A DNA stretch of 64,000 nucleotides from Escherichia phage vB_VIPECOOM01, in the sequence record OQ721909; one strand, given 5' to 3'. The notes beneath the pieces are model-generated. The model did not search any database and was not told the DNA's origin. It saw nothing but the letters and a program-made list of their open reading frames with translations. Position numbers and translations under genes: made by a program. Below are positions 41,313-50,681 of this stretch, piece by piece (the first letter of the stretch is position 1; the number at the start of each line of letters is the position of its first letter).

Positions 41313-41540
41313 TTATTGTTCGATCAGTCCCATGTAAAATTCTGCGTCTTCAGCATCCATACCATCGCAATATTCATTAGCCATAAAGCGGGTGAGGTCT
41401 TCAAGAGGACCTTCAATAACAATTTGAATGCTCCAAAACTTAGAATCTTGCACACTTGTGATACTAAGTTCAGGATAACGATTACGAATAATTTCTTCAA
41501 TATATTCAAAATCAACGATGTCAATATCAACTTTAGCCAT
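41313..41540 (-). CDS. Hypothetical acidic protein, about 75 aa
   Basis: ATG at 41540 with a GAGGAA RBS, downstream of an early promoter; the track's 117-aa version runs through the promoter and terminator and is rejected. Confidence 0.5.
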   Translation of the reverse strand: MAKVDIDIVDFEYIEEIIRNRYPELSITSVQDSKFWSIQIVIEGPLEDLTRFMANEYCDGMDAEDAEFYMGLIEQ

Positions 41541-41583
41541 ATTGTTTTCCTCTTTAATCGTCAGCAGTATTGCCGATAGTTGT

Positions 41584-41613
41584 ATAGTACCATAGAAGAA
41601 CAGGGATGTAAAC
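41584..41613 (-). promoter_or_regulatory. Early-type sigma70 promoter
   Basis: Minus strand GTTTAC, 18 nt, TACTAT; cassette repeated at 58277-58306 and 62137-62166. Confidence 0.45.
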
Positions 41614-41637
41614 CGTTTTGTGAAAAAAATTTTTGAA

Positions 41638-41664
41638 ATAAAAAAGGGGACCTCTAGGGTCCCC
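41638..41664 (-). terminator. Rho-independent terminator after gene 32
   Basis: GGGGACC-TCTA-GGGTCCCC hairpin followed on the minus strand by TTTTTT, about 25 nt past the gene 32 stop. Confidence 0.65.
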
Positions 41665-41686
41665 AATTAATTAGTAATATAATCTA

Positions 41687-42595
41687 TTAAAGGTCATTCA
41701 AAAGGTCATCCAGGTCCGTGTCATCAGCACTAGATGAACTGCCAGAGCTTGAGCTCATAAAATCATCTTCAGTTTTTGTTTTGAAGTCATCAACATTAAA
41801 TGCATCCAAATCATCAGCAACTTTATCAGCTTTCTTAGCGGCAGTCGCTGCGGCACCACCCATAGCAGCAGTTCCCATAACTTGACTGAACTTAGTGCTC
41901 AATTCTTCAAACGATTTGAATTTATCTTTAGAAGTCATTTCAGAAAGGTCAACCATTTGTTCGAACAGTTCTTTCTGGAAAGATTCATCATCGATGTTTG
42001 GAATCGCAGATTGATTCAGGAATTTAGATTCGTCGTAGTTACTAAAACCAGAAACTTGTTTAACTTTCAGTACAAAGTTAGCACCTTCCCACGGACAAGT
42101 TACATCAACCGGAGTTTCACCCATTTCAACATCAACTGCAATCATTGCATTGATTTTATCCCAGATTTTCTTACCGAAACGGTATTTAAATACTTTACCT
42201 TCATTTTCTGGAGCAGCTGGGTCTTTTACTACAAGAATGTTAGCCCAGTAAGAAGTTTTACGTTTAACAAGACCATACTCTTTATTGTCAGTGTTATACA
42301 AATCATTTTTACTGATGTACTGACATACTGGACAAGAATCGTAATCACCGTGGGTAGATGAACAGTTTTCAATATACCATTTACCATTTTTCTTGAAACC
42401 GTGATTTACAAGAATTGCAAATGGTGCTTGTTCATCATTTTTAGACGGAAGAAAACGAATTACTGCTTGACCGTTACCCGCATTATCGAGTTTCAGTTTC
42501 CACTCGCCTTTATCTTCAGAAGAAAAACCACCTTTATTTCCAGCCAGTTTAGCCATTTGTGCAGCGAGTTCAGCAGTAGATTTACGTTTAAACAT
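41687..42595 (-). CDS. 32: Single-stranded DNA-binding protein gp32
   Basis: 302-aa [20 protein letters not shown]...; zinc-binding Cys/His cluster and acidic C-terminal tail ([12 protein letters not shown]); matches T4 gp32. Confidence 0.97.
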   Translation of the reverse strand: MFKRKSTAELAAQMAKLAGNKGGFSSEDKGEWKLKLDNAGNGQAVIRFLPSKNDEQAPFAILVNHGFKKNGKWYIENCSSTHGDYDSCPVCQYISKNDLYNTDNKEYGLVKRKTSYWANILVVKDPAAPENEGKVFKYRFGKKIWDKINAMIAVDVEMGETPVDVTCPWEGANFVLKVKQVSGFSNYDESKFLNQSAIPNIDDESFQKELFEQMVDLSEMTSKDKFKSFEELSTKFSQVMGTAAMGGAAATAAKKADKVADDLDAFNVDDFKTKTEDDFMSSSSGSSSSADDTDLDDLLNDL

Positions 42596-42661
42596 TTTTA
42601 TTTCCTTTTTAATTTAATTAACAGTTGGTGCTATGACGATGTATGACCTCATAGCTGGTCA
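42596..42661 (-). promoter_or_regulatory. Gene 32 translational operator (pseudoknot plus A/U-rich gp32-binding leader)
   Basis: Leader reads UGACCAGCUAUGAGGUCAUACAUCGUCAUAGCAC then GUUAAUUAAAUUAAAAAGGAAAUAAAA-AUG, matching the T4 gene 32 autoregulatory leader as I recall it. Confidence 0.55.
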
Positions 42662-42694
42662 GTGAGATAATTATAATCTATTTATAATAAGCAA

Positions 42695-43348
42695 TTAGTA
42701 CTTACAAGATTTCACAGTTTCAATGAAAACATTTTTAGCTTTCTGTGAATCAATATTTAAAATTTTTCTATAAGCCTTTAACTTTATAGAATAATTATTC
42801 CAGACTAAATTATCAGTCTGTTCATCATGTTTATCGATTATATTTAAAAACGAATCAAGCAAGATAAACGTCTCAAACGAAATTATATTCGATTGAAGTA
42901 GTTTAAAAATATAACTTGATTGAACTTTTGGATTATATTCAAAAATTTCTTTAAAAGCAGAAACTTCAACTTTTTTACTAAAATAATAAATGTTGCGAAT
43001 ATCTTCTTCAAACTTAAATTTAATTTGCTTTAAGCGTCCGATATATTCACGATAAAACACAAGTGCATCAGCGTCAGAGATGTCACCAATCCAAGCATCC
43101 TGGTTAGCAACAAGATTGCTTATAAAGATTAAAGCAAGTTCCTTTAATTTATATTTTTCTGATAACTTCTGGAAAAAATACTTATCCCTTCGCTTTTGAT
43201 AAGCGGCATCAGACACCCGCATGCACCAATTATACTTAATTACATCATACTTTCCATTCATATGTTGTTTTATCATTAAGTATAATTTATAAACTGATTT
43301 ACCATCAATGTATCTTTCACCACCAGCAGGCATGCGGAGTTTAATCAT
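42695..43348 (-). CDS. 59: Helicase loader gp59
   Basis: 217-aa ORF MIKLRMPAGGERYIDGKSVYKLYLMIKQHMNGKYD, matches T4 gp59. Confidence 0.93.
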   Translation of the reverse strand: MIKLRMPAGGERYIDGKSVYKLYLMIKQHMNGKYDVIKYNWCMRVSDAAYQKRRDKYFFQKLSEKYKLKELALIFISNLVANQDAWIGDISDADALVFYREYIGRLKQIKFKFEEDIRNIYYFSKKVEVSAFKEIFEYNPKVQSSYIFKLLQSNIISFETFILLDSFLNIIDKHDEQTDNLVWNNYSIKLKAYRKILNIDSQKAKNVFIETVKSCKY

Positions 43349-43683
43349 AGTAGAAAATCTAATGTATTAGTTTTTTCACAGCGAACAACAGAAGGACGTA
43401 AAAGATTTTCGTCAATAGCTTCTGACTGAATTTTTTCAATTATACCCGAAGGAATAAATTTAGCAAATTGAGTTTCAGGAATAGAATTTTCTTCCAAGAA
43501 TGCTGTTGTAGCTTCAAGATAACTCATTCCAAACTCTTCTACCATTTTTTCAATAATAAATCCATTTTCTTGACGATCAAGAAGCTTTGCAATTTCATCC
43601 TTTTCTTTCTTAATTGAAAGTTCTTTTTCTGAAAGACCGGTCTCATCGACCGGACGAATATCATTTAGAGAAAACTGTGTCAT
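43345..43683 (-). CDS. 33: Late transcription co-activator gp33
   Basis: 112 aa from MTQFSLNDIRPVDETGLSEKELS (the track adds 3 upstream codons); matches T4 gp33. Confidence 0.9.
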   Translation of the reverse strand: MTQFSLNDIRPVDETGLSEKELSIKKEKDEIAKLLDRQENGFIIEKMVEEFGMSYLEATTAFLEENSIPETQFAKFIPSGIIEKIQSEAIDENLLRPSVVRCEKTNTLDFLL

Positions 43684-43930
43684 AAAGTTCAACTACCTCT
43701 TCGGTTTCAGCTTCAAACACATCACGGTTATCTTTATGATACAAAGCTAAAAGACGATTAAACATCTTACCATCAACGCCAAGTTCATCTTTGGCACGAA
43801 TTCGAATATCTTTAATTAATTCATTATAACCGGAAATTTTCAGTTTATGATCAGATGCTTCTTTGATAAATTTAGCTAAGTCTTCGCCATGGATAGCTTC
43901 ATCAAATTCAACCATTTCTTTTTTAGCCAT
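43661..43930 (-). CDS. dsbA: Double-stranded DNA-binding protein DsbA
   Basis: 89-aa ORF MAKKEMVEFDEAIHGEDLAKFIKEASDHKLKISGYNELIK, matches T4 DsbA. Confidence 0.9.
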   Translation of the reverse strand: MAKKEMVEFDEAIHGEDLAKFIKEASDHKLKISGYNELIKDIRIRAKDELGVDGKMFNRLLALYHKDNRDVFEAETEEVVELYDTVFSK

Positions 43931-43938
43931 TATTCACC

Positions 43939-44856
43939 TCAAAATTCATTAATGCTATTAGTTAATTTAGAAAGACCCGCTTTTACAAAATATGAATAAA
44001 TTTTGCCACGCGGTGGTAATTTATATGAATTATAGTAATTCACAATGTTTGAAGCAATATTATCAGGAATATAATCAAAGTCAATTAGAACTAAATTTTC
44101 TTTATATCGATTATATTCAGATTCAGTGAGAAGCACCTTAGCTTGCTCACGGTCATTAGCAATAGCTTCAACAATAGATGTTTTCATTGAAGGAGTTCGT
44201 TCACCTTCAACTCTGGTAAACCAAAAGTCAGATCGTACTTTAACTGAAGCAACGTTATCCTTTTTGTCGCCTTTAAGGATTTTAGTCATACAGTCAATTT
44301 CAGCAGAACCACTTTTAATTTTAACCCATTTCTTATGCATCGGTGACCATTGCTTAACATTTGGGTATTTGTGAAGTTGAGTAAAGTCACCATCCGATGA
44401 AATGATTAAAATCTTGTGTCCTTCTAAAGAGAACTTTTTAACAAGAACAGCAACGTGGTCATCTGCTTCATACTTATCAATATCCATAACAATGTATGGC
44501 ATATAAGCTTTCAATTCATCTATAACTTTATGACTGGATTCAAAATAACCTTCCCAGTCCCAAGTAGATTCTTCTCGCGCTTTTCCACGGTTTTTCTTAT
44601 AGTAATAAGCGAAATCACGACGCCAATATCCGGATTTTGCGTTATCGATACACAACACAATTTTAGTGTATCCAAGAGTTTTTGCTTTTTTGACATTAAA
44701 CTTAATTGAGTTCAATATCAAATGACGAACCATTGATAAATTAATTTTTTCTTTATCTGGGAAGTTTACTAGAGCAGTCGAAAGTGCAATTTGACTAAAG
44801 TCAATTAAGCAAATTCCTTCTTTGTAATCTTCATCCAGCATCATTTCTAAATCCAT
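43939..44856 (-). CDS. rnh: RNase H (5'-3' exonuclease, FEN family)
   Basis: 305 aa from MDLEMMLDEDYKEGICLIDFSQIAL (the track adds 5 upstream codons); matches T4 RNase H. Confidence 0.93.
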   Translation of the reverse strand: MDLEMMLDEDYKEGICLIDFSQIALSTALVNFPDKEKINLSMVRHLILNSIKFNVKKAKTLGYTKIVLCIDNAKSGYWRRDFAYYYKKNRGKAREESTWDWEGYFESSHKVIDELKAYMPYIVMDIDKYEADDHVAVLVKKFSLEGHKILIISSDGDFTQLHKYPNVKQWSPMHKKWVKIKSGSAEIDCMTKILKGDKKDNVASVKVRSDFWFTRVEGERTPSMKTSIVEAIANDREQAKVLLTESEYNRYKENLVLIDFDYIPDNIASNIVNYYNSYKLPPRGKIYSYFVKAGLSKLTNSINEF

Positions 44857-44918
44857 ATGAACCTCGTTCAATTAGTGAGATTTCTATTATATACTATCCA
44901 AATCTTAAAGTAAACAAG

Positions 44919-44926
44919 TATAAATA
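44919..44926 (+). promoter_or_regulatory. T4-type late promoter (TATAAATA) for gene 34
   Basis: TATAAATA about 35 nt upstream of the gene 34 ATG in the divergent rnh/34 intergenic region. Confidence 0.5.
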
Positions 44927-44960
44927 CTTATTATTGAAAACACAATAGGAGCCCGGGAGA

Positions 44961-47900
44961 ATGGCCGAGATTAAAAGAAAGTTCAGAGCAGAAGACGGTC
45001 TGGACGCAGGTGGCGATAAAATAATCAACGTAGCTTTAGCTGATCGTACCGTAGGAACTGACGGTGTTAACGTTGATTACTTAATTCAAGAAAACACAGT
45101 TCAACAATATGATCCAACTCGTGGATATTTAAAAGATTTTGTAATCATTTATAATAATCGTTTTTGGGCAGCAACGGATAATATTCCAAAACCTGCTGGA
45201 AGTTTTAATAGAATTCGTTGGAAAGCATTACGTACTGATGCCGTATATACAACCGTATCATCTGGACCATATCAATTAAAATCCGGAGAAGCAATTTCAG
45301 TAGATACATCAGTTGGTAATGACATTGAGTTTAATTTACCACCTTCTCCGCTTGATGGAGAAACCGTAATAATTCAAGATATTGGTGGAAAACCTGGTAT
45401 AAATCAGGTTAAAATAAATTCTTCAAATCAGAGTATTGTTAATTTTAGAGGTGAACAAGTACGTTCAGTTCTAATGACTCATCCAAAGTCACAGATGATA
45501 TTCATTTTTAATAATCGTTTGTGGCAAATGTATGTTGCTGATTATAGCAGAGAAGCTGCGATTGTTACTCCATCGACTGCATATCAAGCACAATCTAATG
45601 ATTTTATCGTGCGTAGATTTACTTCCGCTGCGCCGATTAATATTAAACTTCCGAGATTTGCTAATCATGGCGATATTATTAATTTCGTTGATTTAGATAA
45701 ATTAAATCCACTTTATCATACAATTGTCACAACATATGATGAAACAACTTCAGTACAAGAAGTTGGAACTCATTCTATTGAAGGCCGTACATCGATTGAC
45801 GGTTTCTTGATGTTTGATGATAATGAAAAATTATGGAGATTGTTTGACGGGGATAGTAAAGCACGTTTACGCATTATAACGACTAATTCAAACATTCGTC
45901 CAAATGAAGAAGTTATGGTATTTGGTGCGAATAATGGAACAACTCAAACAATTGAGCTTCAGCTTCCAACTAATATTTCTGTTGGTGATACTGTTAAAAT
46001 TTCCATGAATTACATGAGAAAAGGACAAACAGTTAAAATCAAAGCTGCTGGTGAAGATAAAATTGCTTCTTCAGTTCAATTGCTGCAATTCCCAAAACGC
46101 TCAGAATATCCACCTGAAGCTGAATGGGTGACTGTTCAAGAATTAGTTTTTAACGGTGAAACTAATTATGTTCCAGTTTTACAACTTGCTTATATAGAAG
46201 ATTCTGACGGAAAATACTGGGTTGTACAGCAAAACGTTCCAACTGTTGAAAGAGTCGATTCTTTAAATAATTCTACTAGAGCAAGATTAGGCGTAATTGC
46301 TTTAGCTACACAAGCCCAAGCTAACGTCGATTTAGAAAATTCTCCACAAAAAGAATTAGCAATTACTCCAGAAACATTAGCTAACCGTACTGCTACAGAA
46401 ACTCGCAGAGGTATCGCAAGAATAGCAACTACTGCTCAAGTAAATCAGAACACTACATTCTCTTTTGCTGATGACCTTATCATCACTCCTAAAAAGCTGA
46501 ATGAAAGAACTGCTACAGAAACTCGCAGAGGTGTTGCTGAAATTGCTACGCAGCAGGAAACTAATACAGGTACTGATGATACTACAATCATCACTCCTAA
46601 AAAGCTTCAAGCTCGTCAAGGTTCTGAAACATTATCGGGTATTGTAACTTTTGTATCTACCGCAGGAGCTACTCCAGCTTCTAGTCGTGAATTAAATGGT
46701 ACAAATGTTTATAATAAAAATACTAATAATTTAGTTGTTTCGCCTAAAGCTTTGGATCAGTATAAAGCTACTCCAACACAGCAAGGTGCAGTAATTTTAG
46801 CAGTTGAAAGTGAAGTAATTGCTGGACAAAGCCAAGAAGGATGGGCAAATGCGGTTGTAACGCCAGAAACGTTACATAAAAAGACATCAACTGATGGAAG
46901 AATTGGTTTAATTGAGATTGCTACGCAAAGCGAAGTTAATACAGGAACTGATTATACTCGTGCAGTCACTCCTAAAACTTTAAATGACCGTAAAGCAACT
47001 GAAAGTTTAAGTGGTATAGCTGAAATTGCTACACAAGTTGAATTCGACGCAGGTGTCGACGATACTCGTATCTCTACACCATTAAAAATTAAAACCAGAT
47101 TTAATAGTACTGATCGTACTTCTGTTGTTGCTCTATCTGGATTAGTTGAATCAGGAACTCTCTGGGACCATTATACCCTTAATATTCTTGAAGCAAATGA
47201 GACACAACGTGGTACACTTCGTGTAGCTACACAAGTTGAAGCTGCTGCAGGAACATTGGATAATGTTCTAATAACTCCTAAAAAGCTTTTAGGTACTAAA
47301 TCTACTGAAGCGCAGGAAGGTGTTATTAAAGTTGCAACTCGGTCTGAAACTGTAGCTGGAACGTCAGCAAATACTGCTGTATCTCCAAAAAATTTAAAAT
47401 GGATTGTGCAGAGTGAACCTACTTGGGCAGCTACTACTGCGATAAGAGGTTTTGTTAAAACCTCATCCGGTTCAATTACATTCGTTGGTAATGATACAGC
47501 TGGTTCTACGCAGGACTTAGAACTATATGAGAAAAATAACTATGCAGTATCACCATATGAATTAAACCGCGTATTAGCAAATTATTTGCCGTTAAAAGCA
47601 AAAGCTGTAGATAGTAATTTATTAGATGGTTTAGATTCACTCCAGTTCATTCGTAGGGATATTGCGCAGACGGTTAATGGTTCACTAACCTTAACGCAAC
47701 AAACGAATCTGAGTGCCCCTCTTGTATCATCTAGTACTGCTACGTTTGGTGGATCAGTTTCGGCAAATAGTACATTAACTATTTCTAATACTGGAACGGC
47801 AACTCGTCTGATTTTTGAAAAAGGGCCTCAAACTGGGACGAACCCAGCTCAAACGATGACAGTCAGAGTGTGGGGAAATCAATTCAGCAGTGAATCGGAC

Positions 47901-48830
47901 ACAACACGTTCTACTGTATTTGAAGTTAGTGATGAAACGTCTAGTCACTTTTATTCTCAGCGCAATAAAGCTGGTAATATAACATTTAATATAAACGGTA
48001 CAGTAACGCCGATAAATGTGAATGCTTCAGGAACATTGAATGCGAATGGCGTTGCAACATTCGGTAGTTCAGTTACTGCTAATGGCGAATTTATCAGTAA
48101 ATCATCGAATGCTTTTAGAGCAATAAACGGTGATTATGGATTCTTTATTCGTAATGATGGTGCTAACACCTATTTTATGCTTACTGCATCTGGTGATCAG
48201 ACCGGTGAATTTAATGGATTACGTCCTTTATCTATTAATAATGCATCTGGTCAAGTAACGATTGGTGAAAGCTTAATCATTGCCAAAGGTGCTACTATAA
48301 ATTCAGGCGGTTTGACTGTTAACTCGAGAATTCGTTCTCAGGGTACTAAAACATCTGATTTATACACCCGTGCCCCAACATCTGATACTGTAGGATTCTG
48401 GTCAATAGATATTAACGATTCAGCCACTTATAACCAGTTCCCGGGTTATTTTAAAATGGTTGAAAAAACTAATGAAGTGACTGGACTTCCATACTTAGAA
48501 CGTGGCGAAGAAGTTAAATCTCCCGGTACATTGACTCAGTTTGGTAACACACTTGATTCGCTTTACCAAGATTGGATTACTTATCCAACTACCCCAGAAG
48601 CGCGCACCACTCGCTGGACACGCACATGGCAGAAAACCAAAAACTCTTGGTCAAGTTTTGTTCAGGTATTTGATGGGGGTAACCCTCCTCAACCTTCGGA
48701 TATAGGAGCGATCCCATCTGATAACGGAATAATAGGTAATCTTACTATTCGTGATTTCTTGCGAATTGGTAATGTTCGCATTATTCCTGACCCAGTGAAT
48801 AAAACTGTTAAATTTGAGTGGATTGAGTAA
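44961..48830 (+). CDS. 34: Long tail fibre proximal subunit gp34
   Basis: 1289-aa ORF MAEIKRKFRAEDGLDAGGDKIINVALADRTVGTDGVNVDYLIQ with internal ~40-aa tandem repeats; same size as T4 gp34. Confidence 0.95.
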   Translation: MAEIKRKFRAEDGLDAGGDKIINVALADRTVGTDGVNVDYLIQENTVQQYDPTRGYLKDFVIIYNNRFWAATDNIPKPAGSFNRIRWKALRTDAVYTTVSSGPYQLKSGEAISVDTSVGNDIEFNLPPSPLDGETVIIQDIGGKPGINQVKINSSNQSIVNFRGEQVRSVLMTHPKSQMIFIFNNRLWQMYVADYSREAAIVTPSTAYQAQSNDFIVRRFTSAAPINIKLPRFANHGDIINFVDLDKLNPLYHTIVTTYDETTSVQEVGTHSIEGRTSIDGFLMFDDNEKLWRLFDGDSKARLRIITTNSNIRPNEEVMVFGANNGTTQTIELQLPTNISVGDTVKISMNYMRKGQTVKIKAAGEDKIASSVQLLQFPKRSEYPPEAEWVTVQELVFNGETNYVPVLQLAYIEDSDGKYWVVQQNVPTVERVDSLNNSTRARLGVIALATQAQANVDLENSPQKELAITPETLANRTATETRRGIARIATTAQVNQNTTFSFADDLIITPKKLNERTATETRRGVAEIATQQETNTGTDDTTIITPKKLQARQGSETLSGIVTFVSTAGATPASSRELNGTNVYNKNTNNLVVSPKALDQYKATPTQQGAVILAVESEVIAGQSQEGWANAVVTPETLHKKTSTDGRIGLIEIATQSEVNTGTDYTRAVTPKTLNDRKATESLSGIAEIATQVEFDAGVDDTRISTPLKIKTRFNSTDRTSVVALSGLVESGTLWDHYTLNILEANETQRGTLRVATQVEAAAGTLDNVLITPKKLLGTKSTEAQEGVIKVATRSETVAGTSANTAVSPKNLKWIVQSEPTWAATTAIRGFVKTSSGSITFVGNDTAGSTQDLELYEKNNYAVSPYELNRVLANYLPLKAKAVDSNLLDGLDSLQFIRRDIAQTVNGSLTLTQQTNLSAPLVSSSTATFGGSVSANSTLTISNTGTATRLIFEKGPQTGTNPAQTMTVRVWGNQFSSESDTTRSTVFEVSDETSSHFYSQRNKAGNITFNINGTVTPINVNASGTLNANGVATFGSSVTANGEFISKSSNAFRAINGDYGFFIRNDGANTYFMLTASGDQTGEFNGLRPLSINNASGQVTIGESLIIAKGATINSGGLTVNSRIRSQGTKTSDLYTRAPTSDTVGFWSIDINDSATYNQFPGYFKMVEKTNEVTGLPYLERGEEVKSPGTLTQFGNTLDSLYQDWITYPTTPEARTTRWTRTWQKTKNSWSSFVQVFDGGNPPQPSDIGAIPSDNGIIGNLTIRDFLRIGNVRIIPDPVNKTVKFEWIE

Positions 48831-48838
48831 GAGGTATT

Positions 48839-49954
48839 ATGGAAAAATTTATGGCAGAGTTTGGACAAGGATACGTCCAAACGCCATTTTTATCGGAAAG
48901 TAATTCAGTAAGATATAAAATAAGTATAGCGGGTTCTTGCCCGCTTTCTACAGCAGGACCGTATGTTAAATTTCAGGATAATCCTGTCGGAAATCAAACA
49001 TTTAGCGCAGGTCTTCATTTAAGAGTTTTTGACCCTTCAACAGGAGCATTAGTTGATAGTAAGTCATATGCTTTTTCTACTTCAAATAATACTACATCAG
49101 CTGCTTTTGTTAGTTTCATGAATTCTTTGTCAAACAATAGACTTGTTGCTATATTAACTAGCGGAAAGGTTAATTTTCCTCCTGAAGTGATATCTTGGTT
49201 AAGGGGAGCAGGAACTTCAGTTTTTCCATCAGATTCAGTATTGTCAAGATTTGACGTATCATATGCTGCTTTTTATACTTCTTCTAAAAGAGCTATTGCA
49301 TTAGAGCATGTTAAACTAAGTAATAGAAAAAGCACAGATGATTATCAAACTATTTTAGATGTTGTATTTGATAGTTTAGAAGACGTCGGAGCTACGGGAT
49401 TTCCTAAAAGAACATATGAAAGTGTCGAGCAATTTATGTCAGCGGTTGGTGGAACTAATAACGAAATTGCGCGATTGCCAACTTCAGCTGCTATAAGTAA
49501 ACTATCTGATTATAATTTAATTCCTGGCGATGTTCTTTATCTTAAAGCACAGTTATATGCTGATGCTGATTTACTTGATCTTGGAACTACAAACATATCC
49601 ATTCGTTTTTATGATGCATCAAATGGATATATTTCCTCTACCCAAGCTGAGTTTACTGGGCAAGCTGGGTCTTGGGAATTAAAGGAAGATTATGTAGTTG
49701 TTCCTGAAAATGCAGTCGGATTTACTATATATGCGCAGAGAACTGCTCAAGCTGGTCAAGGCGGAATGAGGAATTTAAGCTTTTCTGAAGTATCAAGAAA
49801 TGGCGGCATTTCAAAACCTGCCGAATTTGGCGTCAACGGTATTCGTGTTAATTATATCTGTGAATCGGCTTCACCTCCAGATATAATGGTACTTCCTACA
49901 CAAGCCTCTTCTAAAACTGGCAAAGTGTTTGGGCAAGAATTTAGAGAAGTTTAA
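48839..49954 (+). CDS. 35: Tail fibre hinge protein gp35
   Basis: 371-aa ORF between genes 34 and 36; same size and position as T4 gp35. Confidence 0.85.
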   Translation: MEKFMAEFGQGYVQTPFLSESNSVRYKISIAGSCPLSTAGPYVKFQDNPVGNQTFSAGLHLRVFDPSTGALVDSKSYAFSTSNNTTSAAFVSFMNSLSNNRLVAILTSGKVNFPPEVISWLRGAGTSVFPSDSVLSRFDVSYAAFYTSSKRAIALEHVKLSNRKSTDDYQTILDVVFDSLEDVGATGFPKRTYESVEQFMSAVGGTNNEIARLPTSAAISKLSDYNLIPGDVLYLKAQLYADADLLDLGTTNISIRFYDASNGYISSTQAEFTGQAGSWELKEDYVVVPENAVGFTIYAQRTAQAGQGGMRNLSFSEVSRNGGISKPAEFGVNGIRVNYICESASPPDIMVLPTQASSKTGKVFGQEFREV

Positions 49955-49959
49955 ACTGA

Positions 49960-49984
49960 GGGAGCCTTCGGGTTCCCTTTTTCT
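49960..49984 (+). terminator. Rho-independent terminator after gene 35
   Basis: GGGAGCC-TTCG-GGTTCCC hairpin (UUCG loop) followed by TTTTTC. Confidence 0.6.
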
Positions 49985-49985
49985 T

Positions 49986-49993
49986 TATAAATA
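49986..49993 (+). promoter_or_regulatory. T4-type late promoter (TATAAATA) for gene 36
   Basis: TATAAATA 24 nt upstream of the gene 36 ATG, right after the terminator. Confidence 0.55.
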
Positions 49994-50016
49994 ATATTAA
50001 AATAAAGGGGCATATA

Positions 50017-50673
50017 ATGGCTGATTTAAAAGTAGGTTCAACTGTGGGTGGATCTGTCATTTGGCATCAAGGAAATTTTCCATTGAATTCAGCCGGTGAC
50101 GATGTACTCTACAAATCATTTAAAATATATTCAGAATATAATAAACCGCAGGCAGCTGATAACGATTTCGTTTCTAAAGCTAATGGCGGTACGTATTTAA
50201 ATAAAGTAATTTTTAATAAAGGAATGACTGTTCCTGGTGCAGGGTCAGGTGACAATGGTATTTTTGCTGGTCCTGGTGATAATGCCACGTATGATACTAC
50301 AAATATGGATATTGTTTCGTGGTATGGTATTGGTTTTAAATCATCACAGGGTTCAGCGGGTAGAACTGTAGTAATTAACACGCGAAATGGAGATATTAGC
50401 TCAAAGGGTGTAATTGAAGCATCACAAATACGCGCAACTTCATTATCACCAGTAAATAATTATGACCTTACACGGAAAGATTATGTTGATGGAGCAATAA
50501 ATATTGTTACAGCAAACGCAAACTCTAGAGTATTACGCTCTGGAGACACTATGACAGGAAATTTGACTGCGCCAAACCTTTTTTCACAGAATCCTGCATC
50601 TCAACCTTCACATGTTCCACGATTTGATCAAATTGTTATTAAGGATTCTGTTCAAGATTTCGGCTATTATTAA
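50017..50673 (+). CDS. 36: Long tail fibre distal connector gp36
   Basis: 218-aa [47 protein letters not shown]; matches T4 gp36 (about 221 aa). Confidence 0.88.
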   Translation: MADLKVGSTVGGSVIWHQGNFPLNSAGDDVLYKSFKIYSEYNKPQAADNDFVSKANGGTYLNKVIFNKGMTVPGAGSGDNGIFAGPGDNATYDTTNMDIVSWYGIGFKSSQGSAGRTVVINTRNGDISSKGVIEASQIRATSLSPVNNYDLTRKDYVDGAINIVTANANSRVLRSGDTMTGNLTAPNLFSQNPASQPSHVPRFDQIVIKDSVQDFGYY

Positions 50674-50681
50674 GAGGACTT

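Noticed and set aside
41541-41666. N-terminal extension of the 117-aa ORF-track ORF
   Set aside because: The extension runs through the gene 32 terminator hairpin and an early promoter; the ATG at 41540 with a GAGGAA RBS is the credible start.
42679-42686. Minus-strand TATAAATA upstream of gene 32 as a late promoter
   Set aside because: The sequence is present, but it lies ~85 nt from the ATG within the known regulatory leader; without transcript mapping I did not annotate it as a feature.
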